From Octopus vulgaris (Eukaryota), in assembly GCA_951406725.2 (NCBI GenBank), contig OX597815.1, positions 154,256,001 through 154,320,000 of the forward strand: a DNA stretch of 64,000 bases, in the 5' to 3' direction. The notes under the pieces are model-generated. The model worked only from the letters and a program-made list of their open reading frames with translations. It did not search any database and was not told the DNA's origin. Shown piece by piece: positions 13,856 to 30,184 of this stretch. How positions within the stretch are numbered: the first letter of the stretch is position 1; every line of letters begins with the position of its first letter. The translations under genes and the position numbers were made by a program.

Positions 13856-14568
13856 TTTATATTGTGTAATTCACTGACAAATTGCTACCTACCTCTTTGT
13901 TTCTATGTAGTTAAATAAATGGATTCTCAACAAAACACATTTTACTCGGCGCAAAATAAAAACAAAACTCTTTCGCACCCAAAGTAATGTGTGTGTAAGG
14001 GAGAGGGGGGGGGGAAAGATGAACGATTTAAAAGAAATAAATGATTTAAAATAAATATATTTCAATTTTTGTGTGAGAAAGTATATATAATCTGATTATA
14101 AAATATAGTGTCTTTCAAAAACATCCCAAATTTGAACGCTATATCTCGTGTTTAAGAAAAGAACATTTTTACATTGTTATTTTTGGTGAACGCTGTCGCT
14201 TTCTTTCTTTCCCTCTCTCTCTCACACACACACACATACACACATACGTCATCACACAACTCCTCTTTCCCTCACATACACACACATGCATCAACACAAC
14301 TTCTCTCTCTCTCCCTCACACACACACATTTTTCACTTCGCTATGGCAATAAGGGACTTAACTCCTGTAAGCAAACGTCAAAATTGGTAAAAGTTAAGGT
14401 TGAAAATCAATTTTTACCGCTACCCGCGGGTGCCTCGGGAAAAATAATTTGACGAAAATACAGCTAGGGTCGTGACGAATGTCCTCCTAAAACTGGAGCG
14501 ATATGCGTCCTAATTTGTGGACGTGCATCAACTGCATTCACGTACACACACATCCTGCTTTTTATATA

Positions 14569-14617
<49 letters not shown>

Positions 14618-17339
14618 GTATATGTATGTATGTATGTATATGTGTGCGTGCGCGTGCGTGTATCTTTGAAATGAACATGTATGTGCAAATGTTAGGCTTC
14701 AGATTTATCAGCAACTTATAAAGGTGACATTACAAACTGCAAAGTTTTCCTATTCAGAATTTATATTTCGGCCTGCTTCAAACTAATGAATAAAGCTAAC
14801 AAAAATGGGATGAATTCAACGAGTTGAAATGCGCCAAGTATTGATGATATAATCAATAAAATTATATATACCTATTGATTTTTATAGTACTAGTAATGGC
14901 TTCTTGCTTGTTCCAGTCAGAACTTTATGAGAATGTCTTTCTTTGTTCTTGGAATATGCAAATACAGAGTATTGACGCTCATCTTACAAAGTGCTGCTAC
15001 AGTAAAGTTGAACTGTTTCCGTGCCATGCAATAGCCAAAGATACAGACATTTTATGAAGTATAGTTTAAAGAGGTTATTTTCATACTTACTCTTCCCCTT
15101 GACATCTTGACTCACATTTGTTATTGTTATTTATACAAAGAAGCAAATATGTTTGTTTACAATCTCCTTTTCTTTTGGTATATTCTCTAGTATTAAATGG
15201 CATCAGATATAGGTTTAGTCGTATAATGACGTCATTCACTAAATTTTCATGTTGAATAATCTTTTTTTTCCACTAGTTCTAGCTGCTCTGGAAGAAGGAC
15301 TGGAAAAATTAACTGTTTTTTTTTTACTCGTAAATGAATTGCTGGCAGTTTATTTCTCTTTGATCTTCGGAAATGCATAACTGCTAATAGTCCACTCAAG
15401 TACCGTTGCAAGGCCAGAAATTTTTTGGGAGGGAGCTAATCAATTAAGGCGATCCAACCACTCAACTGCTGTTTATCTTAGCGATCAAGAAATGATGAAT
15501 GGTATGGTCGACTTCGGTGGACGGACGAAATGCCACTAAGCATTTTGTGTGACGTTGCAACGATTCTGCAGCTCGTTGATTATAATTTCTAATGTAGGTC
15601 AAATTTTTGGGAGAAGGGAACAGGCACCCCGTCAACCCCCGATATTTGACTTTTAGTTTATTTTATCAATTCAAGAAGGATGAATAAAAAAGATGACCTT
15701 TGAAGGATTGTAATTCGGAAAGTGAAAAACAGGAACAAATATCATCCGACACTCCAAAAATTGTGTATGTTAATTTTCACTCTGGAAAGGTATATCAAAT
15801 CGAAAATGTAAATGCTACTATTAATGTTTTTTGTTTATGAACCTTGGAGGTTAAAGGAAAATTAGAATAAGCGCAATGAGATTTGAACCCTGGCTATAAG
15901 GGGTATTCTGCAGCATATTTTGATTCTACTAATCCCCTATCTTTCATTATAATGATGATAATAAAGGTCGCACGTTTCAAAGGAGATGATGAATCGACCA
16001 TAATTTAATGGCGCTCGTTTAACGATCTTGGGACGATGTAAAAGAAAGATAACATCAATATGCTTTGAACTCGAAATATAGACACCACTCAATAACTGAA
16101 AGCAAATTTTCGCTCATTTTAGTTAATCGTGTCATCTTGCTCTCTAATAATGATTATCGCTATATTGTTAGAACTTATTTTGTGAGTTGGATATTGTTGA
16201 GAGATTCGAGTTAGTGTGTGACTGATATTAATTTTACACACTCGAAGCAATAACAGTAAGATAATCAGTAATCAGGGGAGCTTAACTCAGTTCAGACAGA
16301 CTCCAATCACAACTCTATCAGTACTCCAATTTGCAGGTTTGTACCACGTCTTCCACATATCAAATTATCTCACCATTGCAAATGGATACAAATGATATAT
16401 CTCAAATATATGCAGAGTCGATAAAGCAATTGACCAAATATTCATGAATTGCCCAACAACATATAATTCCAACCGAGATTCTTACCAAATAGATCTTAGA
16501 GAAAATTGATTACAATATAATCTTTCTAACGTAATCTTCCTAAGTAGTATTTCTAGCAAAAGGCACTTGGATAGAGGTGTGTGAGGGATGAAATACTATT
16601 CATTTAGTCGACTTCGCATTATAAAACAAAAAGTTCAACTTGGTAGAACTTATGAACAGGGTGGAAAGAGATGTAAATATATGCTTTCAGATACTCTACA
16701 GATTTCCTCCTTACCACCATTACCATCCAAAAGTTTTAATAATAGAAATAAAGAAAGCTTTTTAGGTATTCAATAGACTCGGAATTATGTAAAGTAAAAT
16801 CGGCTTCGGTTGAATTTAAACTCAGCATATAAAGTGACACATCTGTAACAGAATCGATTTCTGACATGGGAACAATGCCAACAATTTGAGGGGGAATTTA
16901 TAAACGATTACGACGAATCCTGTATTTGAACAATATTTTTTCCGTGGTAATCGAAGTAAGGTTATAAAGTATCTTAAGCAAATACTGCTAGACATTTTTA
17001 GGTGTAATCCAACAAGTATAGGATGAAGAATATAAATATAACGCTTCTGAAGTACAATATTAATTCATAAAAGTGTAGTGGATTAATAGAATGATTAACG
17101 CGGCGAAAAAATGCCATACGGTGTTTATTCTAGATCTTTGCTTTCTGAGTTCATATCCCATGAAGGTGAACTCGGCCTTTCACCCCTCCAAGTTGGATAG
17201 TATAATGAATCAGTTAGATACTGGGTCGATATATTCAACGGTTTCCTCCCTCACCCCAGAATTGTGGCCTTGTGCTTATGTCAGAAATTAATATGAACTC
17301 ATAGAACATATTTTCTTCAAAATAACAAAAGCAATTATG

Positions 17340-18860
17340 AAGGCAGATGTTGCGAAGGACTTGTTTTTATATTTTTTTTGTGATTGTCTGTATTTCATTT
17401 ATAGTTATAAAGAGTGAACCTCGATTTTTTTCTTTCATATTTTCCATCACGTCCACATCATTTGGCTGTCTTAAAAGTGCATTTAGAAATGTAAAATTGC
17501 TGCAGTTTAGAATTTTGTTTCGAAATTACGTCATTTGGGGTTTGATTCTAAAACGTGAAACAGGTATTTACTGTTATTGTCCGTGGTCAATCTTGTGAGC
17601 TGAATTAAATGTTCGACGTTTGGCTTCTGTTCGACAATCTGGTTCTTCATAGGCAAAAATAGTGACCCATAGATTTTGTATTACTTTCCTGTCTAATCTC
17701 TCTGCTGTCATATATCACTCAGAGTTGTGTCTTGTCTTCAAGCAATTCTTCTGTTTTAAGCTCTTTAAAAGCATATCACATTTATAACATTTATAACAGA
17801 CAAGCCAGACTATTAAGCTAAGAAAGGAATATATCTACTCATGCAGTCTACCGGAATTTATGCCAGGCACTACAACAAACATAGTCTACAAAATTGACAT
17901 AATGAACAATTGGTAAATAGATAAACATTAAAGACACAGTATACTCAGTTTTCATGAGCAATGAAGGAATCCGACTGTTGTAGTTTAATGGAATGTTCTT
18001 TTTTGTTTATAGTAGGCGTTGTTTTTGATTTTCAGACATAGGGACATTTCAACTTCCTACGTTTCGACATAGGAATCATTTAGGCATTATGTTCTCTACC
18101 AGCAGCTGATGGAAAATTTTAATGGATGTGTCTTGGAAATGAATCAATATTCTCATGGCCTCATTCGGATGTTAAAGGACTACGTATTTGCAATCCGATT
18201 TCTCTATTTAACCACACTGACGTTTAACATTTAACTCAGCAGTGTTATGATAGCTATGCTATGCTAACCTTTAAGGACTTTTTACTTTTATACAGATGCA
18301 TGAGCATGAACGTTTCCAGCATACGACCATTAAAGGAGATTTTCATCAATACTTGATCTGAATGTATTAAAATATCAACTAATACAAACACGAGCGGCAT
18401 TCAGTCATACATTATATGTTTCCCAAATTCTTTAATGATATCTAAAAGTATTTTCCTTGAGGATGTTTTGTCTTCTTTATTCCATTGCATTGTTATCAGA
18501 CTATTCCTTGCTCACTGCTAACGTATTGCCACAATTATTCTATCTTTCGGTCCTTCAGTTAATATTCAAATGTATACTTAAAGATACTCTTCACGCAAAT
18601 ATATTTTTCCCGCTTCGCTTCTTTATAGTGATTTCTGCTGTTTTTGCTGGCTGTATTATTTCTGCTATTATTGTTGTCGTTGCAGGAATTTTCAAGTGAA
18701 TCAAGATTAAAAATAACTTTCAATCCTGTATTTATTGTCATTCAGTATGTTATCGTTGTTATCGATTTGGAATTTTTATTAGTTCTTTGGGTGTGTGGTG
18801 AGGGTAAATGGTTCCAAAGAAACTGGATATTCTGCTTTATTCAATACTTTTTCTAACAGA
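17340..18860 (-). mobile_element. Possible highly decayed LINE remnant
   Basis: Only scattered weakly LINE-like peptides (PTINKKNIPLNYN; KIPATTTIIAEIIQ); no intact motif. Confidence 0.25.
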
Positions 18861-18967
18861 GAAATTTGGTATATGGATAATGGAACTCAACTGAGCATTA
18901 CCCAAGCGAAATAAGAGGCACCAAATAAATGTTTTGCATTATTTTGTGAAGTGTTATTGCATGTTTA

Positions 18968-19200
<233 letters not shown>

Positions 19201-20005
19201 ATGAATAATATATAACAAATGAATAAATAGGATAGAGATTTCTTACGCTCTGTGGTTAGTGTGAATGGCTTTGTGCATCCTTCCCACTTCAATTACAATT
19301 ACCTCAAAGTAAATAGTTTCTCATTGCTAAAGCCTAAAAGAAAAGTTAAGATCTTGAATCCCTTTACTCAATAAAAGCATACTCTTTGAATATTTAGAAG
19401 TAATATATATTCAAAATCAAGTTTTCTCTGTGTTATCTCTGTTTGCCTCAAGAGATATTTGAAGAAATTGATATAATAGAAAAAAGATAACTATCAATTA
19501 CATTTTTGAACCATTGTCTCTTTCCCAGCATTTCTGTCAACGCTATCAGACATATAAAATAAAGGAAAAGATGATGAAGTAAATATAATAAAAATTGAGA
19601 TTAAACCATCCAGAATGTAAGATAAAATGCAAGTCATCAGAGTTACAGAGCATGAAGTTTTGATCAACCATATAATCAGCCGAAAATACCTATATTAGTA
19701 TGATATTGATTTGTAACATCGAAACAAAATCAATTTAATAGTCCTAATACGAAATGTTTTTGTTACATAACTTATGGATTTGGGACGGATGATAAACCAG
19801 TTTATTTTGATTGTTCTAGAACTCAAAATAGAGAATAACGTTCTGCAAGGTACTTTGTACAACGCTCTAACGATTCTAGTCTTGGTTCGATTATAGTAAT
19901 CCTATATATTAAATGAAACAAAGAATGCATTTTATACATAGAGGAAACATTTAAACTTACTTATAAAACTCAGGACCGAATATTAATCTAAATAATAGAG
20001 ATTAT

Positions 20006-20560
<555 letters not shown>

Positions 20561-20649
20561 TAGATACCCCTTCACGTAGTCTAACAGAATTTCTTAGCAC
20601 AATTTAAGACTGAAATAAAACGAGAAAAAATTAGTAAACGACTAAATAT

Positions 20650-21168
20650 TTTTTCTACTCTAGGGACAAGGCCCGAAATTTTTAGAGAAGGGGCCACTCG
20701 ACTCCGGTATACAACTAGTCTTTAATTTATCAACTCCGAAAAGATGAAAAGCAAAGTCGGCCTCAGCGGAATTTGCATTCAGAACGTAATGGCAGACTAA
20801 ATACCTATTTCTTTACTACCCACAAGGGGCTAAACACAGAAGGGATAAACAAGGACAGCAAAACGGATTAAGTCGATTACATCGATCCCAGTGCGTAAAT
20901 GGTACTTATTTAATCGACCCCGAAAGGATGAAAGGCAAAGTCGACCTCGGCGGAATTTGAACTCAGAACGTAACAGCAGACTAAATACCTATTTCTTTAC
21001 TACCCACAGAAGGGACAAACAAGGACAGACAAATGGATTAAGTCGATTACATCGAACCCCGAAAGGATGAAAGGCAAAGTCAACCTCGGCGGAATTTGAA
21101 CGTAACGGCAGACGCGATACGGCTGAGCATTTCACCCGGCGTGCTAACGTTTCTGCCAGCTCGCCGCC
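20650..21168 (-). mobile_element. Multimeric SINE family B (core repeated three times)
   Basis: aaag(g)atgaaa(g/a)gcaaagtc core at ~20740, ~20925, ~21060; head ctgccagctcgccgcctt at ~21153; imperfect flanking repeat ttagtaaa.g.ctaaa at ~20631 and ~21169. Confidence 0.85.
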
Positions 21169-21654
21169 TTAGTAAATGGCTAAACAATACACCCATTTCT
21201 CATGAAGAACGAATAATCCAAATTTGGAAGAAAGTTTCACCTACCTACTTCAGTGTGCTGGTTCACTTAAGAAATCGATAAACCGAACAGCATGTGGTGT
21301 TATATTTCGTTTTCAGTCTATCTACCCAGTTGTTTTTAGAAATCAATAAATCACACGTTGCCTAGTTCTTCCCAGAAAACAATAAATGAAAAGCGGATTT
21401 CAGTATTACACATCTGGTTCAGAAAGATGAGCAAAAACGCTTCAAAAAATTTGTACTATCAATGATCTCTATTGATTTCTTCCACATGCTAAAAGACAAG
21501 AGATTTATTGGAGTGGAAACATGGGATTCAAAAGATTTTCGCATCTTTCTTCTATAGCAATATGGTCATACGTGTGATAAAATAATATCTGAAATTGTGA
21601 ATCGAATCGAAAAATTTTATGTTTACTTCGTGATGCCCGAAGTACACACACACA

Positions 21655-21753
<99 letters not shown>

Positions 21754-21806
21754 ATATATATATATATATATATATTCGTATGTATATATTTATATGTACC
21801 ATATAT

Positions 21807-22835
21807 ACGAGGATGGGCTGAAAATTTCATAATTAATAACTGTATTCTTTCCTTTCTAGCTAAACTGGCATCTGACTGTTCAAAGAAGACTGCAAATATA
21901 ACTAGTATTGACTTTTCACGAAAATCGATTAATCCCAACGACATTCATGCTAGCATGGTTGCTACATTAGGGTTGACGCTCCGGCACTATCAACAGTGCA
22001 AAAGCGGGCGGCAGAATCTAAGAGCACTTGAAACTGATTAAAGGTCTGGACGTCCTGAAACTGCTACTACCGAGGAGAACATTCATCGTGTTTCCCACAT
22101 ATTGATGGATGACAGACAATTGACTATTAATCAAATAGCCAATGCTAATTGCGTCCCATGAGCATATTGTACACAATGAACTTGGCATGACGAAGATTTC
22201 TACACGGTGGGTACCACGTCTTCTAATGCCTAATCATATACGCAAGTGGTTGATCATATTAGAGGAAAATCTGACATTGTTTGAGACTGAGTCAGCTGGT
22301 TTCCTTGAAAGCTTTCTAACCAAGATTGAGTGTTGGGTTCATTGCTCTGAGCCAGCGACAAGAACAGAATCTATGCAGTGGAAACACACCTTGTCACAAA
22401 CTCCAAAGAAAGCTAAAGTCGTTTCATTTGTAAGGAAGTTGATATCGTCAGTTTTCTGTGATGCAAAAAGCATTGTGCTTATTGGCTTTCTTGAAAAGGA
22501 CTACACAGTCAATTCCAGAGGCAACTACGAAAGGCTATCAAGAGCAAATGCGTAAGTAATCTACTGCACAAGACCTCGGTTTCAATGGCTGCTCTTCCCG
22601 ATTTGAGCACATTTGACTGTCACCAGTTCCCCAACAAGAAAAACCCTTGGATGGGAACGAATTTGTACTACATTGATGATGACCTCATATCTAGTGTTGA
22701 ATTTCTTTAGCAAAAAGATGAAGTCTTCTTCACTAAAGAGGTCGAAGCACTGCAACACCGATGAAAAATAAACCTCATTTGGACATATTCCAGAGCGTAT
22801 GTTGGTCAGCCTATGAAGTTCTCAACTTAGTCTCG
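21807..22835 (+). mobile_element. Degenerate mariner transposon
   Basis: ORF 22142-22555 contains RWVPRLL (WVPxxL motif), SMQWKH..S..PKKAK and SVFCD; eroded TIRs (tacgaggatgggctgaaaatttcata / tatgaagttctcaacttagtctcg). Confidence 0.85.
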
Positions 22836-22862
22836 GGCATATATGTATGTATGTATATATAC

Positions 22863-22937
<75 letters not shown>

Positions 22938-23028
22938 AGTTACGGAATGGAGTCGGTAAGATCCGGGCTTCAAGCTACCTTTCTTCCTACACATCGATCC
23001 TTGGACCTTACATTTATATATATATATG

Positions 23029-23069
<41 letters not shown>

Positions 23070-23309
23070 ATATATATACAAACCGAAGTCTTGTATTGGA
23101 AGAATGTCATACATTTGTAGACGAAACTCAGCCCTCAAAATACTGCAAGCTCATTCGCTGTCAACGCTTCAGGTATACAAGCTATTAAGCTATTATCGAT
23201 GCCATAGGGATTTGAACTGAGAAAGTAATATAATGTCTATTTAGCAAGTCGAAGGATGGGAAAAAGTCGACTAATTACATTTTGATTTATTATTAATAGT
23301 TAATTTAAG

Positions 23310-23515
23310 TCGGTGAGCTGGGAGAGTCATTAGCATGTCAGAAAAAAATGCTTAGCTGTATTTCGTCCGTCTTTACATTCTGATTTTAAATTCAGCCGAG
23401 GTCGACTTCGCCTTTCATACTTTCGGGCTCGATGAAATAAGAGCCAGATGAGCTCTGAAGTCGATGTAATCGGCTAGCCCCACAACATTCCAGGCGTTGT
23501 GCCTATAGTAGTTAG
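23310..23515 (+). mobile_element. SINE family B
   Basis: ggtgagctggg head; gccgaggtcgacttcgcctttcat core. Confidence 0.75.
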
Positions 23516-24470
23516 GATTATTAATGATACGTAATTCATCGATTCGAAAAAGTTGAAGGACATAGTCTACATTGGCAGAATTTGAACTCTTGGAATAAAT
23601 TATGTAATTAAACATCGCAATCTATTTTTGACTCTGTCAACAATCCGTCTTAAGGAAATAAATTTTCCAACCGAAATAACTCGTTTGTCAAAGGGATTGC
23701 CAAAATGCTCTTATTAGCGAGTGCTCATGTATTATCAAAATTAGAAAATTTCTATTGGGAATGGATAACTCCTGTTCATGAGAGCAATAGAAAGCTACGT
23801 AAAACTGTATGAGCTGAAGAAAGATAACTCTCGCTCTCTGTCCCTCTCCCCTCCTCATCTACCCTGAGAAGAGCTGCGAAAACTATTGTTAGGGTAATAC
23901 AGAACACTAGATAGGGAGCTAATTACTTTGAAATGTTTAACAAACAATCGAGAATGTGATTAACGTGACGACAATTTGTAAAAGCAGTAGAGAAAAGAAA
24001 AATCTGCAATTCTCTTGATACAGATATTGGAAAATGGGTACAACCTCGACAACAAGAGAGTAATTCTAGCGTTACAAATAATTAGTGAAAATTAATTAGG
24101 TGACAAGACGTTCAAAAGATTTATGTGGAAAGGTTTATTAACAATAATAATATTTGGAGTAATTTTAAAGAAATGAAGAAACTGTAGAGTTGGAAATGAT
24201 ACTCTGTGCGGTTATGGTTTTTTTTTACCATTAAGTTAGACTTCTCTCATATAGATACACTTGCTCGAGGATCTAATTGATAATTTTAAAAAACTGTCGC
24301 CAGTTTGCATGCATTCATAGTCAATTAGGAGAGAATATAACCAAAACAATTAGCGCTTAACGATTCCAGTACATATATCCGTATATAGGTATCTATGAAA
24401 CGTTGATACTAGCTGGGAATCTAACATTTACCAGTAATTAATACTACCGGGTGCTTAAAAATAATCAATA

Positions 24471-25000
<530 letters not shown>

Positions 25001-25366
25001 AGAATGAGTAACTGCCTTTGTATCAATCTCCATAAATCCATTGCTATAATTACCCATTGAAATAGGATCTATTAGTATGTAATATGTTGGGCCTGAAGAA
25101 AAAATGCGTTGGTTTGACACGTTGTCTATGTGCTTTTCTTACTATTTGGCAGTAGTTGCAGTGTGAAACCCTCGGAGAAGTGTATGAAGAAGATTTGGCC
25201 TTATTCGTTGGTTGATAAAGTAACCAGCGTCAGTGAAGCTTAATCAAAATCCCGTCCAACTATAAAGGAACTTAAGATTTGCTCAATGAAATACAAAATG
25301 AGATCAAGTAACTTGTTCTTTATCTTCAAAATCTGCATTTTTTAATCATGGCAAATTTTACATTAA

Positions 25367-25593
25367 TTGATACAAAGGCGGCGAGCTGACAGAAACGTTA
25401 GCACACCAAGCCAAATGCTTAGCGGTTACGTTCTGAGTTCAAATTCCGCCGAGGACGACTTTGCCTTTCATCCTTTCGGGGTCGATAAATTAATTACCAG
25501 TTACGCACTGGGATCGATATAATCGACTTAATCCATGTGTCTGTCCTTGTTTGTCTCCTCTGTATTTAGTCCCTTGTGGGTAGTAAAGAAATA
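25367..25593 (+). mobile_element. SINE family B with 17-bp target-site duplication
   Basis: ggcaaattttacattaa at 25350-25366 and 25594-25610; B-box-like gagttcaaattcc; core gcctttcatcctttcggggtcgataaatt. Confidence 0.92.
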
Positions 25594-28500
25594 GGCAAAT
25601 TTTACATTAAACATCTATGACTATACATCTCTTATCAAGTCAGGTAGTTTTCCAGAGGAAGATTGCAGTACGTAAAAACAATATCACTATTGTATTATCT
25701 TTCTCAGATTTGAGATTTTATTCAATTACAGTGTTGTTTTGAAGTATTCACAATTAACTATGAGAGAGGCAGGCGAACACAACCGATAGCCTAGCACTCA
25801 GGCAAAAACCGCCCCTGCTAATGTAAGCGCAGGCTTACGACTGATAGACCGCTGCTTTCCGTGTAGTACCATCAATGTGAGGTGATGCTGAAATGTCCTG
25901 ACCGGGGCACAGGCCTGCGTACGATCACTTTGAGAGGTCAGAAGGTATTTATGCAGCAGGGCTCCTCTCTCTACATCAGTGTTGTTTCCAAAGTTTTCTA
26001 GAACAATGTCGGAAACAATATTGGCATGCCTTAGCTTCGGATGTTTTCTCATGTTTTGCTCCCGAAGCTTTGTTTATTGCTGGTTATTCTTACATGGCAT
26101 CAGTGTTTAGAAGTCAGACGTTACTCTCATTTCATATCTTTGCCCCTTCTGTTAACACAAACAATTCTGCCGGTGTTAGAATGTAGGTTGCACAATAAAA
26201 TCAGGTTTTTAGTGAGATGCTGTTTCAGACGCTTATCAAGAAGTGTACGTCTAAGTAGAGGGAGCAGTCCTCACTAACCCTCCTTGGCATGACTCCACTT
26301 GAAATATTAAGCAATAATCCAGTAAATCCAAATCATTAGATTTTTTACCACTAGGATTTCTCTATTTTGAATATGTTAAATATTGAATACGTCAGTAAGT
26401 GAAAGATATAAGCGGTAAATGAAGTGAAGCTACAACTGAAATCCAATCCAACAAAGCAAGAGCTTTACACGAATCCTTTATCCCATTACATTTCTATTAA
26501 AATTGTGTTTAGTGGAAACTTTTGTTGTTGTTGTTATTATTATCCTTGGTTAAGCAGGTCTATAATTTCTACATAACCATTCTGTCTTTTATTATTTCAC
26601 AGACTACACTGTACAACGTAATATGCGTTATTTAAGACGGATGCGTCTGCTTTGAGAGAGTTTCACTATATGTCTAGAGGTCACATGAAAACTCTCTTGT
26701 TGGCTGGTTAGGTGGCAGGAAATGAGCAAGGTGCAACTGAAGAATTTGTACTCATGAATTTTACAATTGGATAAGGCACGTGGATAACCGATTCTCATTT
26801 ACGATATACCACAAAATACGCGAACTAAGGGCTCAGCGCCAATAAAACGGTTTCACAGTAGTTCGTACACTTTGACAGTGTATACTTGTTTGTATGCATG
26901 TAATATATATAAGAACTATATATGTAATATGTACAGGTAATATAGTATTGCCGAATGGTTCAAAAGTTCCTTTTAGAATCACGAGGCTCTGGTTCCGATC
27001 TCCCTGCATAGCATTTGTGGCAAATATAAAATGTCAATTTGTGCTGAGGGATTTGCTGCGGTGATTAGCGAAAAAAAAAAATCTAAGAAATGGGTAAACA
27101 TTTAGGCTCGTCGGAAACTGGGGTAGGTACGTGTCGCAACAGTCTTGTCGTATCCTTCATAAACTGTTTGAAACCCGAAAGTTTTAAACTATTTCTTTCC
27201 TAACCGTAACATACTTTATACTATCACACTTCCAGATGTGAATGATATATGGACTGCCGACATTTCGGCTCCTATTAATTTAATTGATCCGTGAACTTAA
27301 GACTTAAAATAATACTTAATACTTAAAATAAATCAGGCCTGTTGCTCTTTCAAAATAAATTTCAGTTATTTAAATCAATAACATTTCACTACTTAATTAA
27401 ATAGCTTTCATATGAATTCTGCTCGTAGCACAATGCTTCCGATTAAAAAAGATGAATAGCCTCTTGTAATGCTCATCTTACTTTTTTTACCATTAATTGC
27501 AGCAAATGAAGAGAATTGACAGCCACAGCACACAACAGGAACTGTGATATTTCTTTGTAGTTTACTGGCCTTGGGATTGCCTCGGTTTTGTGCTAATCAT
27601 TTTGATAATGAAATTAATATTGCAGAGGACAGAGATATTTCTCAGCCGTTAATTTAGTGTTGAAAATAAATAAATGAATAAGAAGACTAAATAATTTTTT
27701 TAAGACGATGTTTCTCACCTTAAGTAGTCAGAAGTATGATCGGTATTGAAGCTGAAGATGAATTATAACTTTTGATTTTCTGTGAAAATCAATTGTCTGT
27801 TGTTCAGGACATCATAAAATAATACCGTATTAAAACTTCATTGAAATTTTGGAAAAGTGTTCTATTTCTTTCCATAATTTGCTTCCTAAAGAGGATCAAC
27901 ACCAAAAGACAGCCACTTCAACTTAAGTAGAATAAAATAAGAATGACATTTCTATAGAATATTTTAATGTTAAAATAGACTTCAAATTAATACCAATTGC
28001 AGGTGCGTTTTGCTCATTAAAAATGTAGAATTCATTTTTAACGAAAAAGAAATTATATAAAATTTAAATCTAGTGTGACACTAATTATTTAAGTTTGTAG
28101 TTTGAAGATTATTTTTAGTGATTACACTTCAATATCAACATTGCGCAAAAATAATGAATATGAAATAAGGAGATACATAAATTTTCTTAAATTCCAAGCT
28201 CATCAATGATTTTGTTTTTCTCATCAAGAAATTTCAAGAATTTTTTTTCTACAAATCATGTCGATTCCTGAATCAAAGCAATATAGTTTAATATTAAAAA
28301 CTGACCACTTGATTTATCCTCTTTCTTATCCTTATACTGTTATATTGCTCTCACTATATGGATGTCACACATTCATCACACGCTACACTGAACTCAGTTG
28401 ATTAACAGTGTTTAAGCGCCAGTCGCAGCTTTAGAATATTTACTAATGTTTTCATACATAATGTTTCCATAATGTTACCTGTAGATATTTGTCAGTGATA

Positions 28501-28985
28501 CCAATTATTATACAAAGATAAGAGTTACAATATAGACTAGACGAAATTTCGAAAATATCATCGCAAATTACATTTTTAGTCTTATCTCGTTCGCATCAGT
28601 GAGAAATAAGTTATGAAGAACAGTAATAAACGTGTGAAGAAAAATATATATAAAGAGAGAAACCATGTGTTTATTTGGCCAAAAAAAAATAACTATAACT
28701 GTTTCAACACACGATTTCACATCAGGAATCATGCAACACAAATTGATAAATATGATATTCTTATACAGAATTTAATCTCGTATACAACAATAACTCAATA
28801 TGCATGGATCATCCTAAGATGCTCGTTTTAGAATTGCATTCATAATGATGCCAACCGAGAAGTAAATGTTTGTTTGGGGGAGATCACGTGGTATAAAATA
28901 TCTCGGGAAACTGTTTTCAGAGGTTTATTTCTAAAATCATTCAACTACATTGGTTATCATAATGTTCTCTCCCTCGCACGCATGC

Positions 28986-29096
<111 letters not shown>

Positions 29097-29439
29097 CACA
29101 CAAGCACAACACAAGCACAATTTAATAAGCACAGGGATTCAATGTGAGCTGCTATAATCTTTGTGCTCTGATAGTACAATTAGTCGGACGAGCTTGTATG
29201 TAATATCTTGCAACCTTTCAAAATAAAAAAAACGAAAAAAGCAGGATAGCATTCGGTATGATTTACAAGGTCGTCCGACTATTCTTTATCAAGTCATGAA
29301 AATTATAGTAGCTCATATTTAAATCCTTTATTAAATGGCGTTTATCCGTTGCTGGATTAATTTTTACTGATCCCACCATTAATAAAATGGCATTCTGTCT
29401 CTCTCCCCGCTCTCTTTCTCTCTCTCTGTATATATATAT

Positions 29440-29600
29440 ACCTTTTACCTTTTACCTTTTACTTGTTTCAGTCATTTGACTGAGGCCATGCTGGGGCACC
29501 ACCCTGAAGGGTTTTGGTCAAACAAATCAACCCCAGGACTAATTTTTTAAAGCCTGGTACTTATTCTATCAGTCTCTTTTGCTGATCCATTGGAGTTATG
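29440..29600 (-). mobile_element. SINE family A, 3' part
   Basis: Reverse complement of the tail ggtggtgccccagcatggcctcagtcaaatgactgaaacaag followed by (TAAAAGG)n. Confidence 0.85.
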
Positions 29601-29628
29601 TGCTGATCCATTATATATATATAATATA

Positions 29629-29659
<31 letters not shown>

Positions 29660-29734
29660 GTATATATATATATATATATATTGGTACTATACATACATAC
29701 ATACAGTGGACACACACACACACACACAGCCACT

Positions 29735-29776
<42 letters not shown>

Positions 29777-29799
29777 CACACACATACATACATGCATGT

Positions 29800-30175
29800 A
29801 GGCATGACTGTGTGATAAGAAGCTTGCTTTTCCATCAGTGTTCAGTCCTACTGTCTGGCAAGTGTCTTCTGTCATAGCCTCAGGTCGACCAATGCCTTGT
29901 GATTCGATTAGGTAGATGGAAAGTGAAAGAAGATATATGTATGTGTGTGTGTGTGTATATGCATGACATGTTTGTCATTGCATCTGTGTTTGGCCTCCTG
30001 CACCGCTTGGAAACCGGTGTTTGTGTATATACGTTTTCGTAACTTAGCGGTTCATTATAAAGTAACCGATAGAATAAGAACTAGAATTAAACAAATAAGT
30101 CCTGTGGTCGATTTATTCGACGGAAGACCTTCAAGGAGGTGCACCAGCATGACCGCTGAAACAAGTAAAAAATAA
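29800..30175 (+). mobile_element. SINE family A, diverged
   Basis: Collinear with 24505-25000. Confidence 0.8.
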
Positions 30176-30184
30176 CAAAATATA

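Noticed and set aside
27480-27660. Host exon after a good acceptor (ttgcag at ~27502)
   Set aside because: All three frames reach stops within ~55 nt and no convincing donor follows.
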